From: Eukaryota sp. GEM-RC1
Lineage: Eukaryota
DNA: 64,000 nt
Direction: 5' to 3'
NCBI GenBank assembly: GCA_040285855.1
Contig: JAUFOQ010000001.1
Span: 1 to 64,000, forward strand
Shown: positions 1-13,118 of the stretch, one piece after another
How positions within the stretch are numbered: position 1 is the first letter of the stretch
Layout of the letters: each line of letters begins with the position of its first letter
Notes under the pieces: model-generated
Told to the model about the DNA's origin: nothing
Seen by the model: only the letters and a program-made list of their open reading frames with translations
The model's database searches: none
Position numbers and translations under genes: made by a program

Positions 1-1420
1 AATGAGTAATGTATACGAACTCAAAGAACAAGATTTTGATTCCATCTAGCTTAATAAAGAAAGTTCTTTATATGCTACATGGCTTAGTCCAGCCGTGACA
101 CCCAAACAAGAAACGAAGTTTGGAAATGTTGTTCAATAGTACATTTTTAATAGCATGAAAGCTGACATGATAAAACATGTTCAGCAATGCCCTGCGTCAG
201 AAAACGGCACCTATCCCTAAAAGATAATTGAATCGACGGGTTCTCTATAGCTGATAGACCTTGCTAGACTTAATGTCGACACAATCGGTCCACTCCAAAA
301 GATCAAAATGGAAACCAATTCCCTATTGGTGTTTGTAGATTCTTTCACCAGATACACCATTTTGAGCCCCTCGAAGAACTTAACAGTAGAGAAGTAGCGC
401 ATATCGTCTTGTGGGATGTGATTGCTATCTTTGGAATACCGTTTTGTATCCATAGTGATAATGGTACGGAGTTTGCCAATGCTATTTCGAGGCAATATGT
501 AACCTACTGGCGATTGAAGTAAGTCGTTCGATTCCGCATTTTCCCAGAGTAATGGATCAGGAACGACGTCACAGAGACGTTCTGCAAAGCCTACGTCGTC
601 TCTTGTGGACTTCAATGATTATGACAATTGGTCAACGTACATTCCAACTGTACAGTTGCAGATCAACGCAACAAAGAGTTCAATAACTGGGCATTCTTTA
701 CGAACTGATGTTTGGTAGTGACATAAGTCCTGGTGCAGATCCTAGTGGTTTACTAGATGTTGAGAAATCAACAAAGAATGTTCGTTTATTGACGACATTA
801 AAATGAAACTAGAACGTTTAACGAAAAAAGAGAAGAGGCAGAGGATCGTCAATCAGTACTCAAGCCTAAGAAGAAGTTTAACACTAGTCAATCATTTAAG
901 ATTGAGATCTTGTGCGTTAAAGGTCGCCAAAACTAGTAAGCTCCATGGAAACTACACTGGACCTTTCTAGTTGTCTCAGTTGATTCAAAATCTTCTGTTT
1001 CATTAAAGAATCTGATCACTGGATATGTTAGTAAGACTAGCATTCATCAATGTAAGATCTTTCAATCAGATCTGCCTGTTGATCATGATCTCCACAGAGC
1101 AATTGCTTGGGATTCTGAAGAACACATCGTGGTTAAGATCCTAGATAGGTTTGATACAACCGATGGTGAATTCTGCACTGTACTTTTGGTTTGGTGGTGA
1201 TACTCGTCAGTCTCATCAAGGACATCAAGAACACCAAAGCGTATAGTGACTTTGTAAAATAGACAATTTAGATTTATTTCGTAACAATAGAAACAGGTCT
1301 AGTAATAACAACACTAAGCTTAAACGTACCTCCGGTAGTAAGAGTAATTCTAAGACGTCTTCCAAAGTTAAGACACCTGTAGCAAAGAGAACTAGGAGCT
1401 CGAAAGAAGAGAAGAGGTAA
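1..1420 (+). pseudogene. Mirror copy of the Ty3/Gypsy integrase region (indel-rich)
   Basis: Reverse complement of 22667-24117 with many small deletions; ends in the same purine tract and TAA. Confidence 0.9.
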
Positions 1421-1510
1421 TGTTAGCCACAGGTGTTAGTGAAGTGTTACAAGATCATATTATTTTATTTATAAACATCTTTTCCCACCCTTTGTAGCCA
1501 AACGGTATCA
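1421..1510 (+). mobile_element. Mirror copy of the 3' LTR (TGTTAGCC...GGTATCA), followed by target site GTAG
   Basis: Matches 22576-22666 in reverse complement. Confidence 0.9.
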
Positions 1511-3277
1511 GTAGTGAAGAAGAAGCGTTGGCGGTCATGTGGAGCAATGAACCCAATGTTACGCTGATTTGAAGCAATAGGGGTAATTTCTTAGTGAAAG
1601 CGCTGATGGTAAAGGATGAAGGAACTAAACCATGTACTCCAATGTAAACGAACTCTTTTCTTTAAGATCTTCCTTAGGGATAACCAACTGTGTGACATTA
1701 CTAGAAGTAGTACTTGCTCTGTATGAGTGAGTCCATGACAGTGAGGAAGGAAGTTTGTGGTTGAGATCAGCAAAAATTTGCAGAGGAAATGTTATATCCA
1801 TTAAATGCCGTTTTCAGAACTATTGAACTGTTAGAAGTGGCAGTGATGACGTAATCAGTCTCCCAGTTGCTGGCCATTTAATCTGAAGAAAACTGATTGT
1901 TGAGCTTCAATGTTAAATGTAAAATTTCATCCGTAGATAAACGATGAACAATGTTAATCATTATTGGCAGAGTGAAATGAACATAGTCAGTGGGAGGAGA
2001 TGCAATTGCAGTGTAGAAGTGAATGACGTCACCAGGCCGATGCATTAGACTGTCATCGTCATACATCAATCCATCGTCAGACTGAGCATGACTTGACTCC
2101 TCAGAGGGAAGCATTTCATGACGAGAACCGTACATTTTAATCCAGAAAGTTCACTTGAGGCAAGAGAACTTGAACACCAACAGCAACGGCTTGGATTCTG
2201 ATCTCACGTGATAAAACGAAGTAAGTAGGTTTATCAAAACTCTCAGGAACGGGCAGGTAGGTGATCAAACCAGGTAGAACAACGTGATGGGTTTGGGTGA
2301 GGTGAAAAGCGTGCCTTACCAAGTGATTAGGCATAGTAATAGTAGGAGCAACTCCAATGAAGACCTTGTCCACGTCAGAAAGCGGAGACGGAATTGAGAT
2401 GATTCCTCCCTTTCTAGGTATGACACGTCATCGAACTCAATAGCATCAGGTTGAGGGTTCTCTTCATTAAAAGAAACGTAAACGAAAGAACTGTCAAGGC
2501 GCCAGTGATTAGAGTAGATGGCAGATAAGGGAAGGTTTGAATCATTCTTCACCTGAAGCTCAAAGTGAGCGTAACAACCTCGGGAGAGCTCTCCACTAGT
2601 AGATCAAACTCTTTAACGACTTTGGATGGTATTGAAGCAGTGATTGAGAAATTGGTGGAGCCTGAGACGTGGACAGCGAAAACAGAGGAGACTGTTTAGT
2701 GAGACGTATGGAGGTGGTAAACTCCTTTCCAGATACTACTTTGATGGGATCAGATGTGGTGGGACGACCGTTATCTTGTGAGTAGTGAACTTTGGTAACG
2801 GTTCCAGAGTTGACAGAAATCTTAAGAGAAATATCATCTGTGGAACAAATAGGGATGAAATAATAAGATGTGGAAGCTGTGCTACTACTTAGGTAGTAGG
2901 TCTCGCGGAACGAAGAGGTACGGCAGAAATTGCAGTGATATTGAAGGAGTTAGAAGATTCTACATAAATCTCGACATTGGAAACGACAGAGATGAAAAGT
3001 CTACCATGTCCCTTTGGTGAATGTGGTATAGTGACAAGATCGATACCACTAAAGGTGCCATTCCAAGAAACATGATATTCTTTCAAACTGACGAAATGGA
3101 CACAGGATCTGAGAACTCCGTCCAAATTATCGTTTCTTCATCAAAGTGAGTATCAGTGTAGAAAAACATTGGTTTTCTTCCCAGCGGAAACTCTGATTCG
3201 ACGGCAATGTTTGATTCCAATCTCTGATGGTTACCAAGCACTAACAAGACAAGACACGAGAGTAGCAGAAGACGCAT
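1511..3277 (-). pseudogene. Mirror copy of the 5' half of surface-protein gene B (fragmented by indels)
   Basis: ORF fragments 3083-3325, 2316-2552, 2137-2373 and 1878-2135 reproduce pieces of the 20750-22618 protein. Confidence 0.88.
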
Positions 3278-6200
3278 AGCGTTGATCGAGCAAAATTTTG
3301 ATTTCAAATTCTTATCGTTCATCAATTGAGCACATCTTCTGGAATCAAAGGCGAGAACATGTAAGTGTTTGCAATTCTTGTTGTGTTCAACAAAGAACTA
3401 TCCAGAGTGCGGACAAAGGAATGACACGTAAGCACATCACGTGCGTCGTTGAGAATCTGGTTGGTCAACTCTTTCCTAATTGACTTGACTTGACTTCAGT
3501 ATCCACTTTAACAGTGACTTTCTATCTCACCATAGCTTATAGCTTTTATAGCTTATCGTCCTTGAACATTTTGATCAAATTCATTGAACACAGTTTCTTT
3601 GAACACGTTCTACTTGCTTTACTGAGAAGTTCAACAGCTCTTTCTAAAGGAATTCTGAGTACTACTAAACCGGTTTACCGTAGACAGACTTGGCAACCTC
3701 ACTTTCCCAATCTCGTTATCTCACACTTTTGCCATCATTGGGCTTGAACGTCTGTTTCCTCTTCTGTTCGACTGCTCTCTCTCTACAAGCGCTTTAGACT
3801 CCAGTTTCTATTTCTCTTGTTACTGCTTAGTCTTTGTGTTGTTGCAGTACCCATAAAATATAGTTCTGTGTTCTTTCTCGTGTTAGGGCAACATTCATTG
3901 TTATTGAATATCACCGGAACTTTTGTTAATAATCTTAATCCCATACTGGATAACATAGAGTGTATAGATACCGTGAGACCAATTGGTCAATCCAGTGTAG
4001 ATTGAAATGTTGACTAATTGATCTTAAAACCAATTACAGTAATCTGAATAATTTAATCATCCTTCATTTTAATGGAAACCTCAAGATTCAATGAAATTCA
4101 TTAAGTAGAAATGGTCAATCTTTAGATCGGATTGGCATCGTATTTGACATAAAAAATCCGATTCCAAGGTCTTACTATGTGTCACACAGAACCAAGAGTT
4201 TATGTGATGAAACAACTATGATCTATCAACACTCTATTACGGACATCACTGCATAGTGCTCTCATGTTTTAAATAAATTTGCACATCTTAAAACGATAAT
4301 TTAAATAACGGATTTCTTGAGTGTACAATTGCATTTCTACGAGATGCATTTCGTCATCGAATTCAGTGTAGAGAAATATTGTCTTTGGAAAGGATGTTAA
4401 TTGATTCTGGAATGCCACATTGCATATAATGAACCTTAACCTTCACAATACTACCAAAACGGTATGAAGTCGTGCCAATGTATGAAATATAAACATGGTA
4501 TAACGACAAAGTAAACACTCAATCTATACCGAATCATTGTTATATATCATCAAGGTGTAACTGTAGTGTCCTGATTCAGATTAATACATCCAAATTTTCC
4601 ATAATTTCATGTAATGAACCGAGATCTAGTTACATACTATGACAAATCATTCATGAAAAACGTGCAAAAGGATCCATTTGACATTGGTACATGTAGCTGT
4701 GTTTTCGAATGATGTTCTGTTTCCATTCTGACAAGAAGCTGGAACGATAATCGCATGTAAACGTTTAAAGTGACACGTCATTGGATGAAGCGACAAGAAA
4801 GCAAAATCTTCATTGTCATTCTCCCATTTTGTGTTCATTTACACTTCAGCGACCACTTTACGACTCCTTGATTCATTTCTTCGCTTTTTCCACGTCAGAT
4901 GACTCATACTCAATGTCTCTCTTTCCAATGAACTCCAGACCTTGCAACATTCTCGCTTGTGAACGGCATTTACTGATACTGGTTGGTGTTATCGTTGGTC
5001 CTGATTATGATCACAAAGGCATTCTGTGTTCAGCGATGACTCACTCTCTCTTGCAAAAGAAGTGTTCCAAGAAAAGCTATGTGGTTTCAGACCTTATTCT
5101 CCCTCTCAATGTTTTATCGTTCACACAAACTTAATCATGGTTACATTATGCCGTTGTCTTCATTACCATTAAGACGAAGCTGTTCAAATGTAAATGTAGG
5201 CTACTAACAATGGAATCAGTACGGATACGACACGAAAGCCGCTGAACTATGCCTGATTAGGATTGATGTAAAGCACCACTGTTGATATCTATAAAGAACG
5301 TAAATTCTATCTGAATTAAGTCAGGAATCAAATGAGTAATGGAAACATTTCTGTTCAATTGCGACAGTACCATGAATTACCTTCTCAATTAGAAGGTGAT
5401 TTCTAAGTTACAGTTACAGTTTTTGTGGATTTTTACAATTCTTCCTCGAAAATGACACAAGAGTCGAATTGTCCATAGCGACTTTATCCTGGTGAGCACA
5501 TTTCTATCAAAACTAGCATGAAGCAAATTTATATTGGAAGTGTTAAACATCAATCATGGGATCGAAGCTTTGATCCATTCAGACCTTAATGGACGGGAGT
5601 CAAAGTAAGCGAATTCACACCCTATTCTCACAGTGAGGATAGGGATATTAGGATCTAACATTTAACCCTAATTAAGCAAATTATATAAAAAATTTCGAAT
5701 AAGGAAGTTTTCTTGAATGAAGTGTTGTGCACCGTCGAGAAGCACTAAGTGACGTAGAATCAAAACTTCATCTCTCATAGGACTATTATACAACTGAAAA
5801 ATAAAAGGATGATTAATGATCACCTACAGTATGTTTGATGGTGTGACGAAAACATGCGAAGAACCTATATTTTACGGGTAGAACGCAAAGACAGAACAAA
5901 GAAACTGAAACTGGAGTGTTGTAAGCGCTTATGGAGACAAAGGCGTTTTAGACCAACGATAGTAAATCAGTGTGATATAACGAGATTGGCAAAGTGAGGT
6001 TGCGAACTTTGATTCTTTCTAAGGTAAACTGGTTTAGTAGTACTCAGAAATCCTCTGGAAAGAGCTGTTGAACTTCTCAGTAAGCAAGTAGAATGTGTTC
6101 AAAGAAACTATGTTCAATGAACTTAATCAAAGTCTTCAAGGACGATAAGCAATAAAAGGTTATAAGCTATGGTGGTATGGTGAGGCCGAAAGTCGCTGTT

Positions 6201-6434
6201 AAAGTGGATTCTGAAGTCAAGTCAAGTCAATTAGGAAAAGAGTTGATCAAACAGATTCTCAACGACGCACGTGATGAACTTACGTGTCATTCCTTTCTCT
6301 TACACTCTGGATAGGTCTCCGTTGAACACAAGAAGAATTGCAAACACTAACATGTTCTCGCGTTTGATTCCAGTCAATGTACTGAATTGATGAACGACAA
6401 GAATTTGAAATCAAAATTTTGCTCGATCAACGCT

Positions 6435-9400
6435 ATGCGTCTTCTTATATTCTCGTGTCTTGTCTGGTTAGTGTTTGGTTACCATTTTAGGTTGGAATCA
6501 AATATCGCCCATGAATCACAGTTTCCACTGGGAAGAAAGGCAAGATGTTACTACATAGATACTAACTTTGAAGAAGAAACGATTATTTGGACGGAGTTCT
6601 TAGATCCTGTGTCCATTTTCGTCGGTTCAGAAGAATATCCTGCTCCTTGGAATGCCACGTTTAGTGGGATCGATCTCGTCACTGTTCCACCTTCAACAAA
6701 GGGACATGGCAGCCTTTTCATCTGTGTCGTTTCCAATGTCGAGATTTCTCCAGATTCTTCTCGGACATTCACTGTCACCGCAATTTCTGCCGTTCCTCTA
6801 CGTTCCGGGAGACCTACTACCCTAAGTAGTAGCACAGCTTCCACATCTTATTATTACATCCCTATTTGTTCCACTGATGATATTTCTCTTAAGATTTCTG
6901 TCAACTCTGGAACCGTTACCAAAATTCACTACTCACAAGAGAACGGCCGTCCCACCACATCTGACCCCATCAAAGTAGTATCTGGAAAGGAGTTTACCAC
7001 CTCCATACGTCTCACTAAACAGTCTCCTCTGTTTTTCGCTGTCCACGTCTCAGGCTCCACCAATTTCTCAATCACTGCTTCAATACCCTCCAAAGTCGTT
7101 AAAGAGTTGGATCTACTAACTGGAGAGCTCTCCCGAGGTTGTTACGCTCACTTTGAGCTTCAAATAAATTCAAAGCTTCCCTTGTCTGCAATCTACTCCA
7201 AAGACTCGCCCGTTGACAGCTCTTTCGTTTACGTTTCTTTTAATGAAGAGAACCCTCAACCTGATGCTATTGAGTTCGATGACGTGTCATACCTAGAAAA
7301 GGGAGGAATCATCTCAACCTGTCTTTCTGACGTGGACAAGGTCTTCATTGGAGTTGTCTTACTATTACTATGCCTAATCACTTGGTAAGGCACGCTTTTC
7401 ACCTCACCCAAACCCATCACGTTGTTTTACCTGGTTTTATCACCCACCTGCCCGTTCCTGAGAGTTTTGATAAACCTACTTACTTCGTTTTATCACGTGA
7501 GATCAGAATCCAAGCCGTTGCTGTTGGTGTTCAAGTTCTCTTGCCTCCAAGTGAACTTTCTGGATTAAAATGTACGGTTCTCGTCATGAAATGCTTCCTC
7601 TGAGGAGTCAAGTCATGCTCAGTCTGACGATGGATTGATGTATGACGATGACAGTCTAATGCATCGGCCTGGTGACGTCATTCACTTCTACACTGCAATT
7701 GCATCTCCTCCCACTGACTATGTTCATTTCACTCTGCCAATAATGATTAACATTGTTCATCGTTTATCTACTGATGAAATTTTTACATTTAACATTGAAG
7801 CTCAACAATCAGTTTTCTTCAGATTAAATATTGGCAACTGGGAGACTGATTACGTCATCACTGCCACTACTAACAGTTCAATAGTTCACAGAAAACGGCA
7901 TTTAATGGATATAACATTTCCTCTGCAAATTTTTGCTGATCTCAACCACAAACTTCCTTCCTCACTGTCATGGACTCACTCATACAGAGCAAGTACTACT
8001 TCTAGTAATGTCACACAGTTGATTATCCCTAAGGAAGATCTTAAAGAAAAGAGGTTCGTTTACATTGGAGTACATGGTTTAGTTCCTTCATCCTTTACCA
8101 TCAGCGCTTTCACTAAGAAATTACCCCTATTGCTTCAAATCAGCGTAACCTTGGGTTCATTGCTCCACATGACCGCCAACGCTTCTTCTTCACTACTCCC
8201 TTTCCCAAACCAAGTGCTGATAGCAAGCTCATCGTTTCCTTGGAGTCTGCAGCTCCCTTGAAGTGTTTTGTATCTAGGCATGATCAGAATATCGATCCTA
8301 CTGAGCAAAAACATGATTGGCTTATTACCCCTGGTAATACTCTCTTGGTTGATGTAGATTTTTACCAACGGGAGTTGACGCAACTAACCTGGTGGTTTTC
8401 TCTTGTCCACACTGCTACTGTAAACGCTAATCCTGATCCCTTTGAGGTCTATGTTGCTCTTGTTACTCCCTTAGTTAGTGGAATGCATCAATTTGAGAAC
8501 TAACCCCATCAATGCCTGAACAGATATACCTATTCAACAGAGATGGTTCTAATGTCGATTATTTTTCATGTTCTACGGCCCTGGCACCCCCTCACCCATT
8601 ACAATCTCCGTCTCTTCTGTTGGTCTGCCCTCAAAGTCTCGTTACGATTACATTGTTGAAATTCCCCCTGAAGGTATAGTTGGTTACCTTGAAATACTAC
8701 ATGACGATCAACCTGGAGAAAAGAGTGCTGTTTCAGGAAGTTATTTAGTTTCTGTAAATGGACATTCCCACCATTGTCTCTACTGGCTTACTTTCTGGTC
8801 TTCTATCCGTGTTCCTGCTAGAGTTCCATTTACTTCTTCTGTCATGTTGTATGAGAAGAAGTTCTTTAACTACAGAACCACTGATCCAGTTTCCGATAGA
8901 ATGGTTTCCTTGAATGTTACAATTACACCTTTCTCTGAGGAATTCAAGTCTTGTGTATCTGGACTTTCTCTATTTGCTTCTAATAGACCTAGTCGGATCA
9001 ACTATCATTATGGAGGTAAGGGAATTCAGTTCGTTTCTTTTGGAGAAAAAGATTTACTTACTGGTCGAATGTACTGTGCTGTTGAAGGAACCACTGATGC
9101 ATGTCCATTTGTTATTCAATCTGAAGTTATTTACAATTGTGATGCTGAGACTACTTGTTCTGGTAATGGGGAGTGTTATCTTGATGGAATCTGTAGTTGT
9201 TATGAAGATCCTAAGAGGGGATTCTGGACTGGTGGTAATTGTGACAAGTGTCACCCTTCGTATACAGGTTCTAACTGTACGACAGTGATTTGTTCTCCAG
9301 AAGTAACTTGTAATGGAAATGGAGTTTGTAATGATGAAGGTCAGTGTGATTGTTTCAGTGATGACGATAGAGGATTTTGGAGTGGAAAGAGATGTATCTT

Positions 9401-9623
9401 CTGTATTTCTGGATATTCTGGATCTGAATGTAAAGTGGCTGATGTTCAACCTGAAAGTCCTTTGTAATGTATATTGTTTTGGCTTTGTGTTGTGTACTTT
9501 TGGGTGCTATTGGCCAGTATATTTACTTTAGCGTCAGGTCTTCAACTTCGTACAATACTGATACTTTAAATTTGAGTGAGTTGGAAACATCCTTTGTTAC
9601 AAGAAAGTGAAGGGCCTTTGTAA
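6435..9623 (+). CDS. EGF-repeat type-I surface protein, mirror copy A' (frameshifted in this assembly)
   Basis: ORFs 6387-7388, 7370-7603, 7635-8261, 8240-8503 and 8568-9467 tile the same protein as 14415-17663; two Cys-rich CSGNG/CNGNG EGF-like repeats near the C-terminus. Confidence 0.85.
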
Positions 9624-10087
9624 ATGAACAGAGGGTTTTTACTTGTACATTTGTTGACTTAATAAACAAGTCTATTAACTGATCTAAGTGTCTTTTCATA
9701 TTTTTTACGTTGATTGTATTCATTCTGTCATTGATTTGATTTTGATAGTACTTCTCAAATTAAATGACCGGTGAATGACCTTGTAAACCAACTGTACTGT
9801 GCTTTAACAGTCCCAGTAGTTTTAGTATAGTATCCAGCGCTCTTTAATATTGAATTGCCAATTCAATATTGCCATTAAATATGTACCAGTATTGATTGGT
9901 TACCGAAAACCAATACCAATATATTGGCAATATTGATCAATATAGTTGTTTGGGTATTGTGAGACATTCTACGGGACATTGTATATGGGTGTCTGTCAAC
10001 TACACATTAATTGAACTTCTTAGTACAGAGAAGCCAACCACTTACACAAAAGTGAGTTGGCTCGAACCATCTTAAAATATAAAGATG

Positions 10088-10919
10088 GTTGATTGAGTTA
10101 CCTGCTCCTTCAACTTTACCTGAAGTTAGAAGTTTACTTGGTGCTTTGAATTATGTTCGTGAATGGATTCCGAATTATTCGAACTTGACTGCATCAACCA
10201 ATAAACTGACTCGTGGTAAACCCAAGAAAATTGTTTGGACAAAAGACCATGATGCTCTATTAACTCAACTAAAGTCTGAGATTATAAACCATATGGCTTT
10301 AGACTTACCTGATACTGATAAGAACATTATCATATCCACAGATGCATCCGACATTGCTGTTGGTGGTGTGATCTGGCAGGAAGAAAATCCTCCAGCTCCT
10401 CCAGGAACTCCGTTAGAAGAACGTAGAGTTAGACCTGTATCGTTTTATAGCCGTTTACTCAATGATAGTCAACAGAATTGGGCAGCTATCCAGAAAGAGC
10501 TGTATGCCATTCTTTGATTCTGACAGAATCTAGTTTAGAAGGTTTTCTGTTAAGTAGGCACTTGACGATCTTTACTGATCATAGGAACCTTGCTTATCTT
10601 ATATCGGCTCCAGAAAAGAATCGTATTGTCAAACGATGGATTCCAATTTTCTCAGAGTTCGATTTTGAGATAGTACATGTAGCTGGTACAAACAATCAAT
10701 GGGCTGACATGTTGTCACGGGTTAGGGTTAGGGTTAGGGTATAGACATGTTGTCACGTGTTATTGACCGACGCCCAGTTGAAACAATCAAATCTTTAACG
10801 ATCTCAAATCTTTCCATCAAAAAAGATTTAACCCTTTCTCATGAAGGCTTACTTTATGATGATGCAGACTATGTTGAGATGCTTCCACGTGACTCCAACG
10901 TATTAGCTATCAAGTGTCT
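10088..10919 (+). pseudogene. Ty3/Gypsy pol fragment (RT connection + RNase H), left-arm copy
   Basis: Same sequence as 24241-25034 of the full element; TDAS, QKEL, TDH and ADMLSR motifs; interrupted by a TTAGGG tract at 10720-10743. Confidence 0.9.
10720..10743 (+). repeat. Interstitial telomeric insert GGTTAGGGTTAGGGTTAGGGTATA flanked by a 14-bp duplication GACATGTTGTCACG
   Basis: Duplication at 10706-10719 and 10744-10757; the intact element (~24402-24415) has a single copy and no insert. Confidence 0.92.
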
Positions 10920-10922
10920 ACT

Positions 10923-10964
10923 GTTAGGGTTAGGGTTAGGGTTAGGGTTAGGGTTAGGGTTAGG
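10923..10964 (+). repeat. (TTAGGG)6 TTAGG telomeric tract
   Basis: Read directly; starts 3 nt after pol homology ends (caagtgtct). Confidence 0.95.
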
Positions 10965-11505
10965 CCGAGCACCGAGCGGTGCTACACATTATGAGATGCA
11001 TCCCGACCTATAATTGCATTCCCGGTTAGAAGGATAGGAGTTAGGGTGGGTGCTCGGGGTACGGAAATCAACATGACAATCAACTATAACTACAACTTCA
11101 TTTCAATTAATGTCATTGATAGTTCAAATGATGTGAATATTACGTAAACTAAAACTTTAATTACGTGAAGTAAAAGATTATATTACCATTACAATGATAT
11201 ACTTTGTATATGTATCATAAATTACGGTAAGTTGATTAAAAACATAATGATCATTACGTAAACTAAAACTTTAATTACGTGAAGTAAAAGAATATATTTC
11301 TGAAATTTCAATTCAGAAGAATACCTTCCACACCGTCTAGCACCTCCGGTGCTATCCGCTCTGAAAAGCATTCTTCTCAGTTTCATGTAAAATTCATTAC
11401 ATTAGAATATTTCAATTACTGAATATAAACTTAAAATTACGGTAAGTTGATTGAATACAATACAGATATTACGAAAACCAAAAGATTAATTAAGTGAAGC
11501 AGAAC

Positions 11506-12235
11506 TTTTTTAGGGTCACTCTTAGGGTCACTTTTAGGGTCACAAAAATAATTCTAAATCTTTTTTAGGGTCACTCTTAGGGTCACTTTTAGGGTCACAA
11601 AAATAATTCTAAATCTTTTTTAGGGTCACTCTTAGGGTCACTTTTAGGGTCACAAAAATAATTCTAAATCTTTTTTAGGGTCACTCTTAGGGTCACTCTT
11701 AGGGTCACAAAAATAATTCTAAATCTTTTTTAGGGTCACTCTTAGGGTCACTCTTAGGGTCACAAAAATAATTCTAAATCTTTTTTTAGGGTCACTCTTA
11801 GGGTCACTTTTAGGGTCACAAAAATAATTCTAAATCTTTTTTTAGGGTCACTCTTAGGGTCACTCTTAGGGTCACAAAAATAATTCTAAATCTTTTTTTA
11901 GGGTCACTCTTAGGGTCACTTTTAGGGTCACAAAAATAATTCTAAATCTTTTTTTAGGGTCACTCTTAGGGTCACTTTTAGGGTCACAAAAATAATTCTA
12001 AATCTTTTTTAGGGTCACTCTTAGGGTCACTCTTAGGGTCACAAAAATAATTCTAAATCTTTTTAGGGTCACTCTTAGGGTCACTCTTAGGTCACAAAAT
12101 AATTTTAAATCACTTTAGGAACATTTTAGGGTAAAAATTTCTTTTAGGTCTTTAAAAGATTTAGAATCATTTTTAGGGTCACAAAATAATTCTAAATCTT
12201 TTTTAGGGTCACTCTTAGGGTCACTTTTAGGGTTA
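11506..12235 (+). repeat. ~55-bp satellite: three TTAGGGTCAC(TY) subunits plus an AAAAATAATTCTAAATC spacer; about 11 clean units then a garbled stretch
   Basis: Tandem array read directly; 12110-12170 is degenerate. Confidence 0.95.
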
Positions 12236-12538
12236 GTGACCCTAAGAGTGACCCTAAAAAAGATTTAGAATTATTTTTGTGACCCTAAGAGTGACCCTAA
12301 GAGTGACCCTAAAAAAGATTTAGAATTATTTTTGTGACCCTAAGAGTGACCCTAAGAGTGACCCTAAAAAAAGATTTAGAATTATTTTTGTGACCCTAAA
12401 AGTGACCCTAAGAGTGACCCTAAAAAAAGATTTAGAATTATTTTTGTGACCCTAAAAGTGACCCTAAGAGTGACCCTAAAAAAGATTTAGAATTATTTTT
12501 GTGACCCTAAAAGTGACCCTAAGAGTGACCCTAAAAAA
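12236..12538 (-). repeat. Same ~55-bp satellite in the opposite orientation, about 5-6 units
   Basis: GTGACCCTAAGAGTGACCCTAAAAAAGATTTAGAATTATTTTT repeats. Confidence 0.95.
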
Positions 12539-13079
12539 GTTCTGCTTCACTTAATTAATCTTTTGGTTTTCGTAATATCTGTATTGTATTCAATCAACTT
12601 ACCGTAATTTTAAGTTTATATTCAGTAATTGAAATATTCTAATGTAATGAATTTTACATGAAACTGAGAAGAATGCTTTTCAGAGCGGATAGCACCGGAG
12701 GTGCTAGACGGTGTGGAAGGTATTCTTCTGAATTGAAATTTCAGAAATATATTCTTTTACTTCACGTAATTAAAGTTTTAGTTTACGTAATGATCATTAT
12801 GTTTTTAATCAACTTACCGTAATTTATGATACATATACAAAGTATATCATTGTAATGGTAATATAATCTTTTACTTCACGTAATTAAAGTTTTAGTTTAC
12901 GTAATATTCACATCATTTGAACTATCAATGACATTAATTGAAATGAAGTTGTAGTTATAGTTGATTGTCATGTTGATTTCCGTACCCCGAGCACCCACCC
13001 TAACTCCTATCCTTCTAACCGGGAATGCAATTATAGGTCGGGATGCATCTCATAATGTGTAGCACCGCTCGGTGCTCGG
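12539..13079. other. Non-coding subtelomeric cap block (mirror 10965-11505) with internal repeats and a GC-rich end
   Basis: A 39-bp repeat ATTACGTAAACTAAAACTTTAATTACGTGAAGTAAAAGA occurs twice exactly (mirror 11139, 11253) and once degenerate; AGCACC-loop-GGTGCT hairpins; no long ORF. Confidence 0.75.
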
Positions 13080-13115
13080 CCTAACCCTAACCCTAACCCT
13101 AACCCTAACCCTAAC
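13080..13115 (-). repeat. CCTAA(CCCTAA)5 telomeric tract
   Basis: Read directly; one repeat shorter than the mirror tract. Confidence 0.95.
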
Positions 13116-13118
13116 AGT

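Noticed and set aside
10747..11013. ORF with an LGLGLG tract (and RVRVRV tails in neighbouring ORFs)
   Set aside because: These are translations of TTAGGG repeats appended to a pol fragment, not proteins.
10963..11070. Known ribozyme or telomerase RNA
   Set aside because: No CUGANGA/GAAA hammerhead core and no convincing HDV or twister consensus by eye; CCCTAACTCC is not a 1.5-repeat template. Kept only as an unclassified structured segment.
11506..12538. CRISPR-like array
   Set aside because: The spacers are identical, no cas genes are present and the context is eukaryotic; it is a satellite.
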